Notes under the pieces: generated by a model
The model's database searches: none
What the model was told of the DNA's origin: nothing
The model's input: only the letters and a program-made list of their open reading frames with translations
Origin: Bilabrum cf. latius
Lineage: Eukaryota
Length of the DNA stretch: 64,000 bases
NCBI GenBank assembly: GCA_965178125.1
Contig: OZ237754.1
Location: 186,001-250,000 of the forward strand
Reading direction: 5' to 3'
Made by a program: the position numbers and the translations under genes
Part shown: piece by piece, positions 23,673-35,471 of the stretch
Numbering within the stretch: position 1 is the first letter of the stretch
How the letters are laid out: each line of letters opens with the position of its first letter

Positions 23673-26600
23673 ATGTCGGCGTTGAGTTTTAAATTGAAGT
23701 GCTAGCTAGGGGACTCTTGGCATGGACCAGCCATGCTTGATGACATTGCACCGATAGAAGGAGTTCCTGGCGCAGCCCAGTGGTTTGCATGGCTATCTAA
23801 GCATTTGTTCAATGGATCGAGGACAATAGCAAAGGGGAAGGCGTTTGATGCTGCAGTCATCGATAGCAACGGCGATGAATTGCAGCTCGCAAGCTCCGAA
23901 GGCCTTCGGGAAGCATGGCAGCGTGCAAACGTGAGTTTTAGCACTAATGCATGTAATGTTGGTGAAGCATACTCATTACGTGCCAAGTGCTTATTGCCAT
24001 AGCTGTGTCACGCAGAACGGAAGGACAGTCTCTGTTATTCTACGCATGAACGATATTGGCAAAAAGCGGTTGGAGCCAAAGATTAAGAGAGCGCAGCAGG
24101 CAAGGGCACCGAGCAGTGCCTTAAAGATGGCTGATAATGTGGATCAAGCCAAAGCTGGGTCTGAGCCAGCGACAGAACCCACCACCCATGGACCAGACAG
24201 CCAGCCAAAAGCTAGCCCTTCAGACGCCCGGCAGCCCGGCTTATCCGTCGGTGAATTTCAGCTAGGTCCAATCATACGCCCGCTGCAGGCCGGCTCACTT
24301 CGCACCTGCCTCGTCGTATCGTCCGCCGAGGTGCTGGAGCTGGCAGAGCTCCGAGCAGGCGCCTGGAGCGAGCACGAGGCCGCGGAGCACGGCGAGCACG
24401 TGCGCAGGCAGGCCGCTCGCAGGCGAAGCAGCGCCGAAGATGGGCATGAAATCGACTCGGACGATGGCTCCGACGGGACGCCAGTTGGCGGGAAATCACC
24501 GTGGGCCCGGGGTGCCCATTCCCCAACCGGGAGGAGCAAGGCATGCAAATGGCAGGTGCTCACTATGGACGAAGCGGGCGAGTTGCAGCGGGCGCTCGCA
24601 CGATTGCGGCGTAAAGTGACGTCACCATATGTGGTTGGACTGAAGGGGGTCGAGATTCACGAAGAAGTAGCAGAAGAGGAAGCAGCAGTAGCGAGTACGA
24701 CTGCGGGCACCACTGGCGCTGGGGTCTCCTCGGCAACAGCAAGCGGTGGTGCTGGTGGTGCTGCTGGTGGTGCTGCTGGTGGTCGTCGTTCCACCCTCAG
24801 CAAACGGTTCATGCTCCGCGTTTTTATGGATCGTGCCGCGGGGGGCACGCTCCGTGCGATGCTGGATCAGTATGGCCGCCGAGTCCCTCTAGACCCGGCT
24901 CTCGTGTCCCGGGTGGCCCGGCAGCTGTGCAAGGGCTTGGTCGCGCTCAAGAAGGCGCGGCTGAGACACACGAACATATCGCCGCAGGCCGTGCTGTTCG
25001 ACGACTCCGGGAGGGTCAAGATCGGGGCGTTGCACGAGGTGAGACTAGCTGTCGAGGGCGACAAGGCAGAAGAAGAGTAGCTCTGGAGCAGCCGCAAGGT
25101 CGGTAGCGTGGTGGCGCAGATGCTGACCGGCGGCCGTGCTGTGGCCATCCCAGATGGAGAGGCGCGATCGCGATTGGTAGATGCCGCTACGTTTGGCATC
25201 CAGCATCCCAACGGATTGATCGAGCTGCCGGCGTGGGTGCCTGCGGCAGGGAGAGACTTCGTTGCCGCTGCCACTGCAAGCTCGGGCAAAGGGGCCCCGC
25301 TAGATCTGCATGGGCTCGTTCGCCACGCCTTCGTAGAGCAAGGCCTCCTTGCACGGCAGGGGCAGCCACACAGCCTGGTCCTAGACGTGGACCAGAGAGC
25401 CGCCGCCATCCAGCAGGCCGCCCAACAGCAGGCGCTGCTCTCAACCCCCGGGTCGTCCTCTCTGGCGTCGCCCAGGGCACGGCGCGCGGTGCAGCACACT
25501 CTGGCGAAGACTCCCGTGGTTCGCGTGGCCATGGCGCGCTCCACCCCGCTTTTCATCACGGGAAGACTGCCGACGCTCGGAGGCGGGTCTGTGCTGCGGT
25601 ATCGCGTGGGCCGGCGGGTGGTAATCCCTCAGGTCCCGCCTCCGCAGCGGTGGCTCGACAGCGTGCTCGGCTACTACGCAGCGGTGCAGCGGTCTGCGAG
25701 GAGCGGCAGCCTCGCAGCTTCGACGGGCGGGGAGTATCCCCAGGTCGACCCACAGGAAGCCGTCGTGAGCAGGCGGCTGTGCGCCGGCAGGATGATTCCC
25801 ATCGTGGGCATGCTGGCCGGATCTGCACCCACGGAGTCATCGGCGGAGGAGATGGCAGGTGCCACAGGTGGAGATGACGACACGTGGGTAGCCGCGGCCA
25901 TAAGAGCGCTTGATGCAAGCCAGCAAACACTGTCTGTCAAGGAGCAAGAGCAGAAACAGAAGTTATCGTCCGCAGGGAACTTGCTTTTGTCTCGACTATC
26001 GGATGAGGGGCAAAGGACTCGCCGTGAGGCCGTGGAAGGACTAGCTAGATGGCAAGCGAGGCAGAGGATGCGACGGTTGAGGCGTGAGGCGGCTTCTCAG
26101 GCTACTGCCACAGTCATCCAGCTCGAGTTGCCCTCTGCGGGTGACGAACCACCATCGGACTGTACCGACCAAGCATGGGATGCGTGGCTCGGTGTGGATG
26201 GCCACGTGCTGGACGACGATGAAGATAAGATGTCGAACAGGCACGGATCTGCATCACCCATTGCAGCTGGCATGCCAGCGTTGCAGGAACTGGTGGGCAT
26301 CGATGGCCATCGCGCACAGCCGCTCGCATGGTACGCTCGATACGCCCGCATCGCCGACAGGGCATATCAAGACAGCCTCATCCAGCTGAAGCAAGTAGCG
26401 CTCGACGCAATCGCAGCAAAAGGGTATACGCCGGGAAGCTCCGGGGAGCCAGTAGAGCCCATGCGGCTCCCGCAGGCCGTTCGTGAGAATGTGCGGGCTG
26501 CTGTCTTGCTGGCGCAGAATGCTTCAGCGGACTCCTAGTCCGGCTTGCTGATGTGGACGTGGCAGGACGCCGTGAGGAGCCCTCCCGTGGATGCGTTGCG

Positions 26601-29600
26601 CCAGCTGCCCGAGCTTAGCCCCCCTGCCGAGGTCTATGGGGCGGTCAGGCAGCCAGACTAGCTGTACGTATCCCCTGATCACCCGGAAAAGGACACAGAG
26701 ATTGATAAAGACAGTACCGCCATCGGCCTTCGGTCGACAGACGAAAACCAGCCAGCGAATAGCCTTGAGGCGACGGTGCGGGCCGTGGAGCAAGCTCTGC
26801 AAAAATCGATCATGGCCATGTCGGGTCGGCACGCCGCTCAAGATGACGCGTACGGCGGAGGTACCGATGAGATGCAACGCTCGTCGAGCGGCAGATCCAT
26901 GACGAAATGGGGCGGGCACTAGTTTCACCGCGACGATCGCGAGGGCGAGGGCCACGGCGACGCAGCATCAGGGGGACGAAGTCTGGCTGCTGACGAGCAT
27001 CGAAGGAGGCGCGCAAGAGTTGTTATGGTGCGCCCGGTGGCCACACTGTAGACAAGCATGCTGGCACAGTCACTCATGGAGTCCAGGCAGAACAGCTCAG
27101 GCTCCGGGTCGCGATTGACCAGCACAGGCGAGCCCGGTGATGAAGATCCGTTCCCCGAGCTGCGCGTGGATGTTGTGGCCGCGATGAACACGAGGCCTGC
27201 CTCCAGGGAAGTATCCAGAGCCAATGCCGTTGATTTTGAGGTCGACGCAGCGTCCGATGGCGCACCTGGGCTCCTTGCTCCTGGTTCTGGAGACGGGGTC
27301 TCACCTGCCGGCAGCAGTGTCGACGGGGAGGAGTGGGGAGATGACGATGCAGACCCAGGCGCGACTCCGGCGGCAGGGAGTGGGCTCGTCAGCGCCGGCC
27401 TGCCATTTGAAATCGTGCACAGCGACCCAGCAGCCGATGCCTCTTTGACCACTGCGGGCGAAAGTCCTCAGCACGTGGCCAAAGCAACTTCGGCTGGAAC
27501 GGTCCGGCGGCGCCGAGTCGGCTTGGATGCCGTCCTGCCCCCTCCCGTGCCAGCCATCACCGTCTCGACGCTTCGTAGACGTCGTGATCCGCCGGAGGCC
27601 GAGTGGCCGGGCGGAGGCCGAGCCATGGGCCCGTCAGGTACTCCCAGATCCGGGAGCTTGGCAGCTGCGCTGGGACCGGAGCCTGACCTGTAGCCCGAAC
27701 CGGCGGATGTGCAAGGCGCCACTCGCGAGCAGCAAGTAGCCGATGCGCAGGAGCAGGCATCCGGAAGCGGTTAGCAGGTGCAGCGGGAGAGTGACACGGA
27801 TGGCTGGGGTGAGGACGAGGCAGCCCCGGACGCCAGGGCTCGCGAGGCTTCCCAGGCATCGGGCCATGGATCGGATCAGGGCGGCGTGACACCGAGACGC
27901 GCTGCCCCATCCTCTATGCGGAACGTTGACACGAGCGCACCGGCTGGCCTAAGCCACGTTTGGCCGGGCACCTCAGAATCTCTCACATCGGACCGATCCA
28001 GGGGTTTCACGGAACGACTGGCAGAAGCCCAGGGCCTCCCATTGCCGGCCACATCGGCTCCCTTCATTAAGGTGGAGCTGATGGATGCTCGTGGGCCACG
28101 GGCCAACGCGAGCGCAAGCACTGACTCCAAGGAAACAACCAGCGCGATTGATCCATGGCACTCGAGCCACGAGGTCGGTGGCCACGTCGTGCCCACCGCG
28201 CCTGCGGCATTGACGGGAGAGGTGCGAAAGCTGCACAGCATGGAGGGCGTGGCACTGGTGCCGGTGGAGGGGCAGGGGTGGGGCCAGCTCATGCCCTTTG
28301 ACTCGAGTAGCGCCTTGCTAGATCGGGGCGCTGGGGCGCTGTCGCGAGCTCTGCAGGAGCCGGGCAGTTCGTATTCGAATGTGACCGCTCCCGCGCGGAA
28401 GCGGGCCACCCAGCCTCTGCTACTCGCAGCAGCGCTTAGTGCTGAGGAGGACGAGGAAGAGGATGGGCAGCCTCTGCAAGCTGGCTCGGAGTCTATGTGG
28501 CCCTCACCTGGAGGCATGGATGGTACCGCTTTCGATGACCAAGTCAGCGATGGGGATATCACGTTTGCAGCTGAGTTAGCTGACACCGGGTCTACTTTGG
28601 CCACAAAGGCGAGCCGAACCGCCAGCACCGGCCGCGAGCATTCTGCAGACGACGTGCTCATGCTGACCAGGCAGCTCCTAGCGAGAACGCTAGGGACTAG
28701 CCCTTCATCCAAGCTAGTCCCCTCCCATCGATCGCCGAGTCACCCTGCGACCGTCGGTTCTCGAGGAGAGAGGAGCGAAGTCTCGTTCACCAGTCACACG
28801 GCTTCTACAGCCTCCGATGATGTGCTTCTCATCAGCGATGGGTTCAATCTATTCGACCCTATCGAGGAGCAGATGCAGCGAGCCATGAGCCAGCCCACCC
28901 CAACCCGGCGGCAGATACCCGTCGCAGGCCCCCGTGGGAAGAGCATCACGCCAACGCAGAGGGCGTTGCTGGAGCTATTGAACAACGGTGCGCACGGCAT
29001 TGCGATGTCACGCGCGTACAGTCAGAATGGGGCGACACGCTTGGCGCCCTGGGCGCAGGAGGGCAGGCAAGGCTGGCTCGACGATTTGGAGACCGGCGGG
29101 GGCGCCGGGTCCTCGGCGTCGTCTCAGGATTTTCGGCAGGGGGCGCCGGCGGCAGTTCTCAGTGGGACTGAAGGGCACAATCAAGGGGGGCATGACCAGG
29201 GTCCCGGTGCGACGAAGCGCCGGGACTCTGATGAGCCGAGCCCCCCAGTCCATCCGCCGGCGCCCCGAACTGAAGACCGGGTGCTGGAGCAAAAGCAAAA
29301 GATGCCGCGTGCAGCTGTTTCAGGTGCATCTAGTGCAGATCCTCCGCGACCACCTCCATTTAATCATGGCTGCGACGTTCTTTGCGACAGCCAAGGGTTC
29401 GGCTGCCCTGCCTGCTGCAGCGCCGCTGACCTCCCTAGAGTGCTCACCACAAGAGAGACTCTGCTTGCGGTGGTTGGGAGTTTCTGGCTGCCTCGGGCGC
29501 GCTTTAGCCTGGAACATCTGCGCTACGACGGCTACGACTATTTTGGAAGAGGGTACGGCAGGTCTGGGGAGCACGGGCAGGGTTTCATGGACGACCGGCG

Positions 29601-32600
29601 CAGCATCTTCAGGCTGAACAAGCCCCCACCCCCGCCCCCGAGCCTGTCCGGCGGTCCTTCCTCACCACCGCATCGATCACAACGCAAACGTCGGGGACGG
29701 GGGGTCGGCGGGAAGCATCGTGCAATGCACGGCGGCTCCGAGCAACGGCAGGGCAAGTCAAGCACAGGTGCTGGGGTCCAAGGCGCCGTGGTTGGCAAGC
29801 GTCGTGGCCGGCGGTTCATGCCTCGACCCCCGGCCTCGAAGCCGCCCCCTGCGGCCGTGCAGCGAGCCAAGCCTCCCCGCATGGCCCCGTTGAGTGCGAG
29901 AGGTCGAGCCGCTTTAGGATCGCCTACTGACGAGGCAGACGGGGAGATGCCGGCCCTGAGGCACAGCCAGCGGGTGTCGCGTGCGTTCGTGTCGAGCGCG
30001 GTGTCTGTGCTGCTGCATCAGCAGCGCACGAAGGCCCGGCTTGCCAAGCAGCTGGACACTGTGCAGGAGGAGACGGGCGAGGATGGCGGCGCTTCGAACA
30101 ATTCCACCGAGGTATCGAGCCCGGGTGTCGCGGCTGATAGCACGGCACCGGGCACAGGCGACGTGATCGGCGGCGGCAGGGAATCTCCCGCATCCACGCG
30201 ATCGAAAATCAGGGTGACCAGTGTGCAGGTGGTCAAGGTGGCCAATGGTGCCGCAAGTGGTGCGGCAGGTGCAGCTAGCGAGAGCAGTACTCCATCACTG
30301 GAAGGTGCCGGACAACCGCGTAGTGTCGATGGCACTGACAAGGCACTGGGCACAAACCCTCTGGACGCAGCGCGGCCAAGCGGGGGCATGGACGACGCTG
30401 GGGCCGGAGAGGAGGTCGATGGCGCCACGCAGGAGCCCATCGTCGTGCTCAGCGTAGAGGAGGAGGTTCCGCTAGGCCTCGTCCCGCTCGAGTCGTCCAG
30501 GTCCAGGCCCTCTGACCCGGAGGGCAAGATGGGCGTGCTGACTCCGAGCAGCAGCTTCTACGGCGGATTCGAGATGGCACGGTATGCCATCGCCACGCCC
30601 CGCCCCGATGTTGTGCTCCGCCTTCCGGCGCGCGTCATCGAGAGCTATGAAGCGGTGGAGGGCAGCGAGCTGTCGGCTGGTGAGGGCGACATCGTCATGG
30701 TGGACGAGCAGGACGAGTCCGGGTGGTGGGCATGCACGCTACTACAGACGGGTCACCCTGCGAATACCAGCACCTCCGGTGACGGGGGTCCGGGTGGCGG
30801 CGTATCTGCGCATGCTCTGGGCCAGACCCGATATCCAAAGGCCCTGCTCGGTCCGCAGGGTAAGCCCAAGCAGCCAGACAAGCAGGCAAACGGCCAGTCC
30901 GCGACGAAAGAGTCCGAGCAGCAGCCTGAGGACCCATATGATGACGGAACGCCCGTGCCCCCCAGCGGCTTCATTCCCTGCACATTCCTGGAGTGGGTAG
31001 ATCCTGCCGTGGCTGGCCTCAAGATAGAGAAGCGGCTTGATGGCTCCGCTGTGCTGATCCCGCTGCTCATGGGCCCGGCCGCCAGTCCTCCCACTGCGTC
31101 AAATCACCTGGACCTGTCCAAGCCAGCGGGTCGCAGCGCAGCCCGCAAGGTGGCCGACGCGGTGCGGACCGGTCCCAACCCAAAAGCCTGGGCAGAAGGC
31201 ACCAAAACGTTTGAGGACCTAGCGAGGGAGCGGCAGGGGCCCGGCGCTCAGGAACAGCCAGGAGAAGACACGACGCTGCCTGGGGCAGTCCCTGACAGCG
31301 CTGCGAGTGCCGGGGCGATAGAGGGCGGCACCGGGAGCGAGAGCGAGGTCTCGGATTCGAACTGGCGGCTGGACGTCGACAGCGGCATGTACGTGCGTCG
31401 CAACATGGCGTCCGGGCTGATCGAGCGCAGCGCGGATCCGTTCGCGGCAGCTTCCTTGGAAGAGACCCTGAAGCGGGTCGACCTGGAAGCATAGAGAAGG
31501 AAGGCACTGGCGGGGGACGCGACTGCGACTGGGGCGGCGTAGGACGTGGAATCGTTGGGGGCGTCGGTGGGAGGCTCGTCTGCGACGCAGACCGTGGACG
31601 GAGGGGATCGAGTGAATGCAGGCGACGAATACGGCGACCCGGACGGTGGAGAGGACTGGGAAGAGGACGAGGATGAGGACGGGGACGGGGACGGTGCCCG
31701 GCCTGCTGGTCCGGTTGACGATCCAGTTGGGCACTTTTATAGGGCCTTTGCGTCCTATGACGGGGGCGGAGAGAGCGATGTTGTCCTGTAGAAGGACGAC
31801 TGCCTGATCGTGTGGGACAGGGACGAGGGCGGGTGGTGGGAGGGCCGCAACGTGCGGACCCATCAGGACGGCTGGTTGCCCAGCACGTACCTGCAGGCCT
31901 GGCTCGAGGAGGAGCCGCTGCCCCAGGGGGCCCAGGCCGAGGCCTCTGCGCTGCTTGAGACGATCGCGACGGAGAGGTCTGGCTCAGGCGCCATGTCTGC
32001 AAGGGCGAGCCAGCTGATGGCAGCCGTGAGAATGAAGTCGATTCTGTCTGCGAGACGGGAAGAGGAGAAGACCGTCGAGGCGGACAGCGTGGAGGGCGCG
32101 CCGAACTCGATGGGCGGGGGCGCAGGGTCTTCTCCGGGCGCTGGGACTGCATCACGTGGCGAGTCACCAGGCCTCGCACCTGGCGGTGGAATCGCTGGGA
32201 CGGGGGCAGCCAGGCGGGGAACAGCTCATGGGCTCGGGAATGAGAGCGCGCCCTTCGTCAGCAGTCCAGGGGCTGCCCCAGGCGGGGGGCGGTCCATCTT
32301 GCGGGCGGCGCAGGCGCAGGCGCAGGCGCATGTGCAGCCTGGGTAGACCACGGCTCTTGGCGGGTTCGCGCCAGATGCGGGCCCAGGCAGTCGGATAGCT
32401 GAAGCTGATGCTGCAGCTGCGACTGAATCTGGTGAAATCCTTGCTTCGGACAGCAGCAGCGGCTGGCCGTTCGGCGGGCGGGACGGCAGCCGCGGATCGC
32501 TCCCCACACAGGACAAGCCCATCGACTGCAGGATAGGGTCGGGGTGGGAAGCCGGGGCCGGAGACAGCGGGGATGGGGATGGGGATGGTACGCTTGCTGT

Positions 32601-32766
32601 GGCTGTCGGGGATGTGGTGCGGGTATCCGGAGTCGACGACTCCGGTGACTGGTGCTATGGTTTCGTTGTGAGCGACGGCGACGAGTTGGGAAGCAGTGCT
32701 GGTGGTAAGCAGGCTGGCTGGTTCCCAGTGGCGGCAGTGTCGGAAAGTGTGGAATTGAGTAACTGA
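23673..32766 (+). CDS. Giant multidomain signalling protein: PB1-like domain, degenerate (pseudo)kinase domain, long disordered region, three SH3 domains (~3002 aa)
   Basis: Exon 23673-23930 (FKLKC(Q)LGD...DSNGDELQLASSEGLREA, PB1-like), intron 23931-24015, exon 24016-32766. One frame with 12 TAGs and a single terminal TGA. Kinase-like segments VFMDRAAGGTL, RQLCKGL, HTNISPQAVLFDDSGRVKI. SH3 motifs near 30630 (ELSAGEGDIV..DESGWW..GFIP), 31740 (YRAFASYD..GGWWEG..GWLPSTYL) and 32590 (LAVAVGDVV..GDWCYG..GWFP). Confidence 0.8.
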
Positions 32767-32905
32767 TTTGTGTGCCAGATTCTTGTTAGCTTGATGGTTA
32801 TTTGCGCGTGCTCAACTTGAGCCCGGCGGTGCAACTGCACCGCACTGCCAACTTCCACAACACGGGACTATTTCACGTAGCACACCCGTTCACTACTAGC
32901 CAGCC

Positions 32906-34507
32906 ATGCAATCACTCGCGATTTATGCTTTGGCATGCTCTTTCGCCAGTGCAAACGTATCAGCGCGCTGGGATCCCAAGAGTGCTCGTCCTGTTCGAAA
33001 AGCATTCTCGGGATTTAACGTGAATCTCAGCGGTGAAGGAGCTGGATCGTGGCGCAACTCAAGCTTTTTGGAGGGTTTCGAGCAAATTGGAGCTCAAATC
33101 GTGCGCTATCCTGCCGGAACGATCGCGCAGTGGTGGGACTGGCGGAAAGGCTGGTTCTGCGACCCGAAGCCGGGGCCCTGCGAGGATATTCCGGAGAGCT
33201 TTAAGCACCGCCCGTTGCCCCCACGCTTCCCGAATGGTTATCGTCTGGAAGACTTGGCCTACGCCAACCAAAATGGCGCCCATTTCCAGGTAGTTCTAGA
33301 TTTAAATATGATCTCGTCGAATCTATCTGAACAAGTCGCGATGGTATCCCATGCTGTTGAACTAGGCCTGTCCGTGCGGTACGTAGAGCTCGGCAATGAG
33401 TTCTACTTCCCTGTGGATTGGATGATCAAGCGATTTCCCAGCGTGGAATCGTATGCGAACGAGGCGACGAAGTATGCGACTGCGGTCAGAGGAGCCACGA
33501 ACTCCAGCATTCCAATAGCAGCAGTGGGAGAATTTCTTGGAAAGCAAGGCCCACCTCCATACAAGAATGGCACGGGAAGGATGGGAACCTGGAACGAGGG
33601 CATCAGGTCTGGCTTCGCGGACCGCTCCATTGTGCAGGGGGTGATTCTTCACGCGTACGAAGACCTCGGCCTCGCGGATGAGACTCATCTATGCGGCCCT
33701 AGCAGCTCCTTTGCGAATTGCAGCGTGCAGCAGACCATTCACGATGAATTCGTGCATCCTGGCGGCGTAGATCAAGTGCTCAGCTAGCCCTACTTCGCGA
33801 TCAAGTGGCTCGAGGACGTGGCGGCCCCGTTCGTTGCAGATGGGTTCGACGTGATCATCACAGAGGCAAATTTGATGAGTTTCTGTGGGTCAGTCCGGCA
33901 GACCTGGACGCACGCCCTTTGGATCGCGCTGTGGCAGAGCATGCTGGCGGGATCGCATCGCGCCTCGGTGTCCATGGGCCTGGTGCACGCACTCAGCGGC
34001 AACCCCATGTTCACGGCCATGTGGACGATGGAAGACTCGCTCAAGGACGTCTGCCTGAGCTCCAAGTCTGAGGATCCAGGCTCGGTGGCCGTGTTCCAGC
34101 CCTCCCCCCCTGGGATGGCTGTGCAGCTGGTGGCGGCTGCCGAGCGGTACGGCGAGGGGCGCGCGGTGGGACCCATCGATTTCGAAGGGAGTGTGCCCAT
34201 GTCCAACAGCTCCAATGGGCAGTATCCTGCATTGGCTGGCGTCTCGTGGCAGCCCGCCTCTGGCGGACTCGATGGCGGAAGCGACCGCACCGCTGTGCTG
34301 ATCAACTTGTCGGGATAGGAGCAAGAGGTGCGCCTGGATTCGTCCCTTGGATTCAATGCCTCTGCAAGGGTCATGGTGGCGAGTGCGAAGGCTGCTGGGT
34401 GGGTAACGCAGGGATGGTCAGACCCCAGGCTCGCGGTGGACGAGGGTACGCTCGGAGACGGGCAGGTCATTGGCATGCCCGCTTATTCGATCGCACAGGT
34501 ACTTTGA
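32906..34507 (+). CDS. Secreted clan GH-A glycoside hydrolase (GH51/GH44/GH79-like TIM barrel plus C-terminal beta domain), ~533 aa
   Basis: Signal peptide; VRYPAGT..WWDW, YVELGNEFY (acid/base), VILHAY, IITEANL (nucleophile region), C-terminal MPAYSIAQVL. TAGs at 33785 and 34316 are read through. Intronless; ends in TGA. Confidence 0.8.
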
Positions 34508-34702
34508 TTTTTTTCATTTTGCGTGTGATTTGCTGCATGACTTTGCGGGAGCTCTTGCACATCTATGCCTGGCCGTCAACAGTATCCATGAGTTCATCAA
34601 CAAAGCAGAGCAGTGGCAGTCCTGCTCAGAAAACAAAGCTAGAGTGCCCAGGAACATATGAATGAAACAGATTCACTCAGAACTGTGGCACGAGCGAAGA
34701 GG

Positions 34703-35122
34703 TCAGCCGGTAAGCTCCCAGAAGTAGACCTGCTTCTTGTCCCTTGTCCAGTAGGATCCATTCCCGTCGTGCCCGACCGGCCCGTCATCGTCCCAGAGAT
34801 CGACATGACTTGTCACGTAGAACATGATTATTCCAGTTTTGCCCTTGACTTCAGACTTGGAATCTACAGTGGCCGGCTCGCCAAGCTGAGCTGAGAGGAA
34901 AGTGAACATAGTTTTCACCTTGATGATGTACTTGTTGCCGTCTTTGTCGTAGTAGTCGCTGGGGATCGAGATTGGGAGACCAGCTTTGGTGAGAGCATAC
35001 GACATCCGCATCGCGCATGTGTCCTTCATTCTGTCGTCGTTGATGTTGCCGCCCCGAGCTGCTTTGAAGGTCTCGCCATCCGTCTCGTAGCTACCTTTGA
35101 CCGCGCTAAACTTCAGCGGCAT
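34703..35122 (-). CDS. tae4: Tae4-family (T6SS amidase effector 4-like, NlpC/P60 fold) peptidoglycan amidase, 139 aa
   Basis: Motifs DTCAMRMSYAL (catalytic Cys), YIIKV, LGEP, KGKTGIIMF, TSHVDLWD (catalytic His) and VYFWEL in the order and spacing typical of Tae4. ATG at 35122 is preferred over the ORF-track non-ATG start at 35194. Intronless; ends in TGA. Confidence 0.85.
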   Translation of the reverse strand: MPLKFSAVKGSYETDGETFKAARGGNINDDRMKDTCAMRMSYALTKAGLPISIPSDYYDKDGNKYIIKVKTMFTFLSAQLGEPATVDSKSEVKGKTGIIMFYVTSHVDLWDDDGPVGHDGNGSYWTRDKKQVYFWELTG

Positions 35123-35471
35123 GCTGCTATGGTAGAAAAGTAACGGTTCATGAATGCTGTATTTGGGATCCTGTGGATAGTATCCAGAATACACTGTTCG
35201 GGATCACAACTGCGGATCCTGGGAGCCTCGCACGCACGCCGCTGTGCACGCTGCGCCCATGCAACTCCAGTTCTGGTACAAGCAAGACATCCTGGTCTAT
35301 ACAAGTGCCTATCTATCTCACATGCAACTTATTTGAAGGTGGTGTTATTGTGTGATCACATTGATCAATTCGACTGCAACAGTGGGCAAAGCTGTGAACC
35401 CGGAACCGGCTATTCCCGCGGAAACCCGGAACTGGAACCGGTTCTGAAAAGAGAGCAAAGACTCCAACAGC

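Noticed and set aside
34703-35194. Bacterial contamination or a T6SS locus
   Set aside because: No immunity, VgrG or Hcp genes nearby; both immediate neighbours use the host TAG codon and the contig carries spliceosomal introns.
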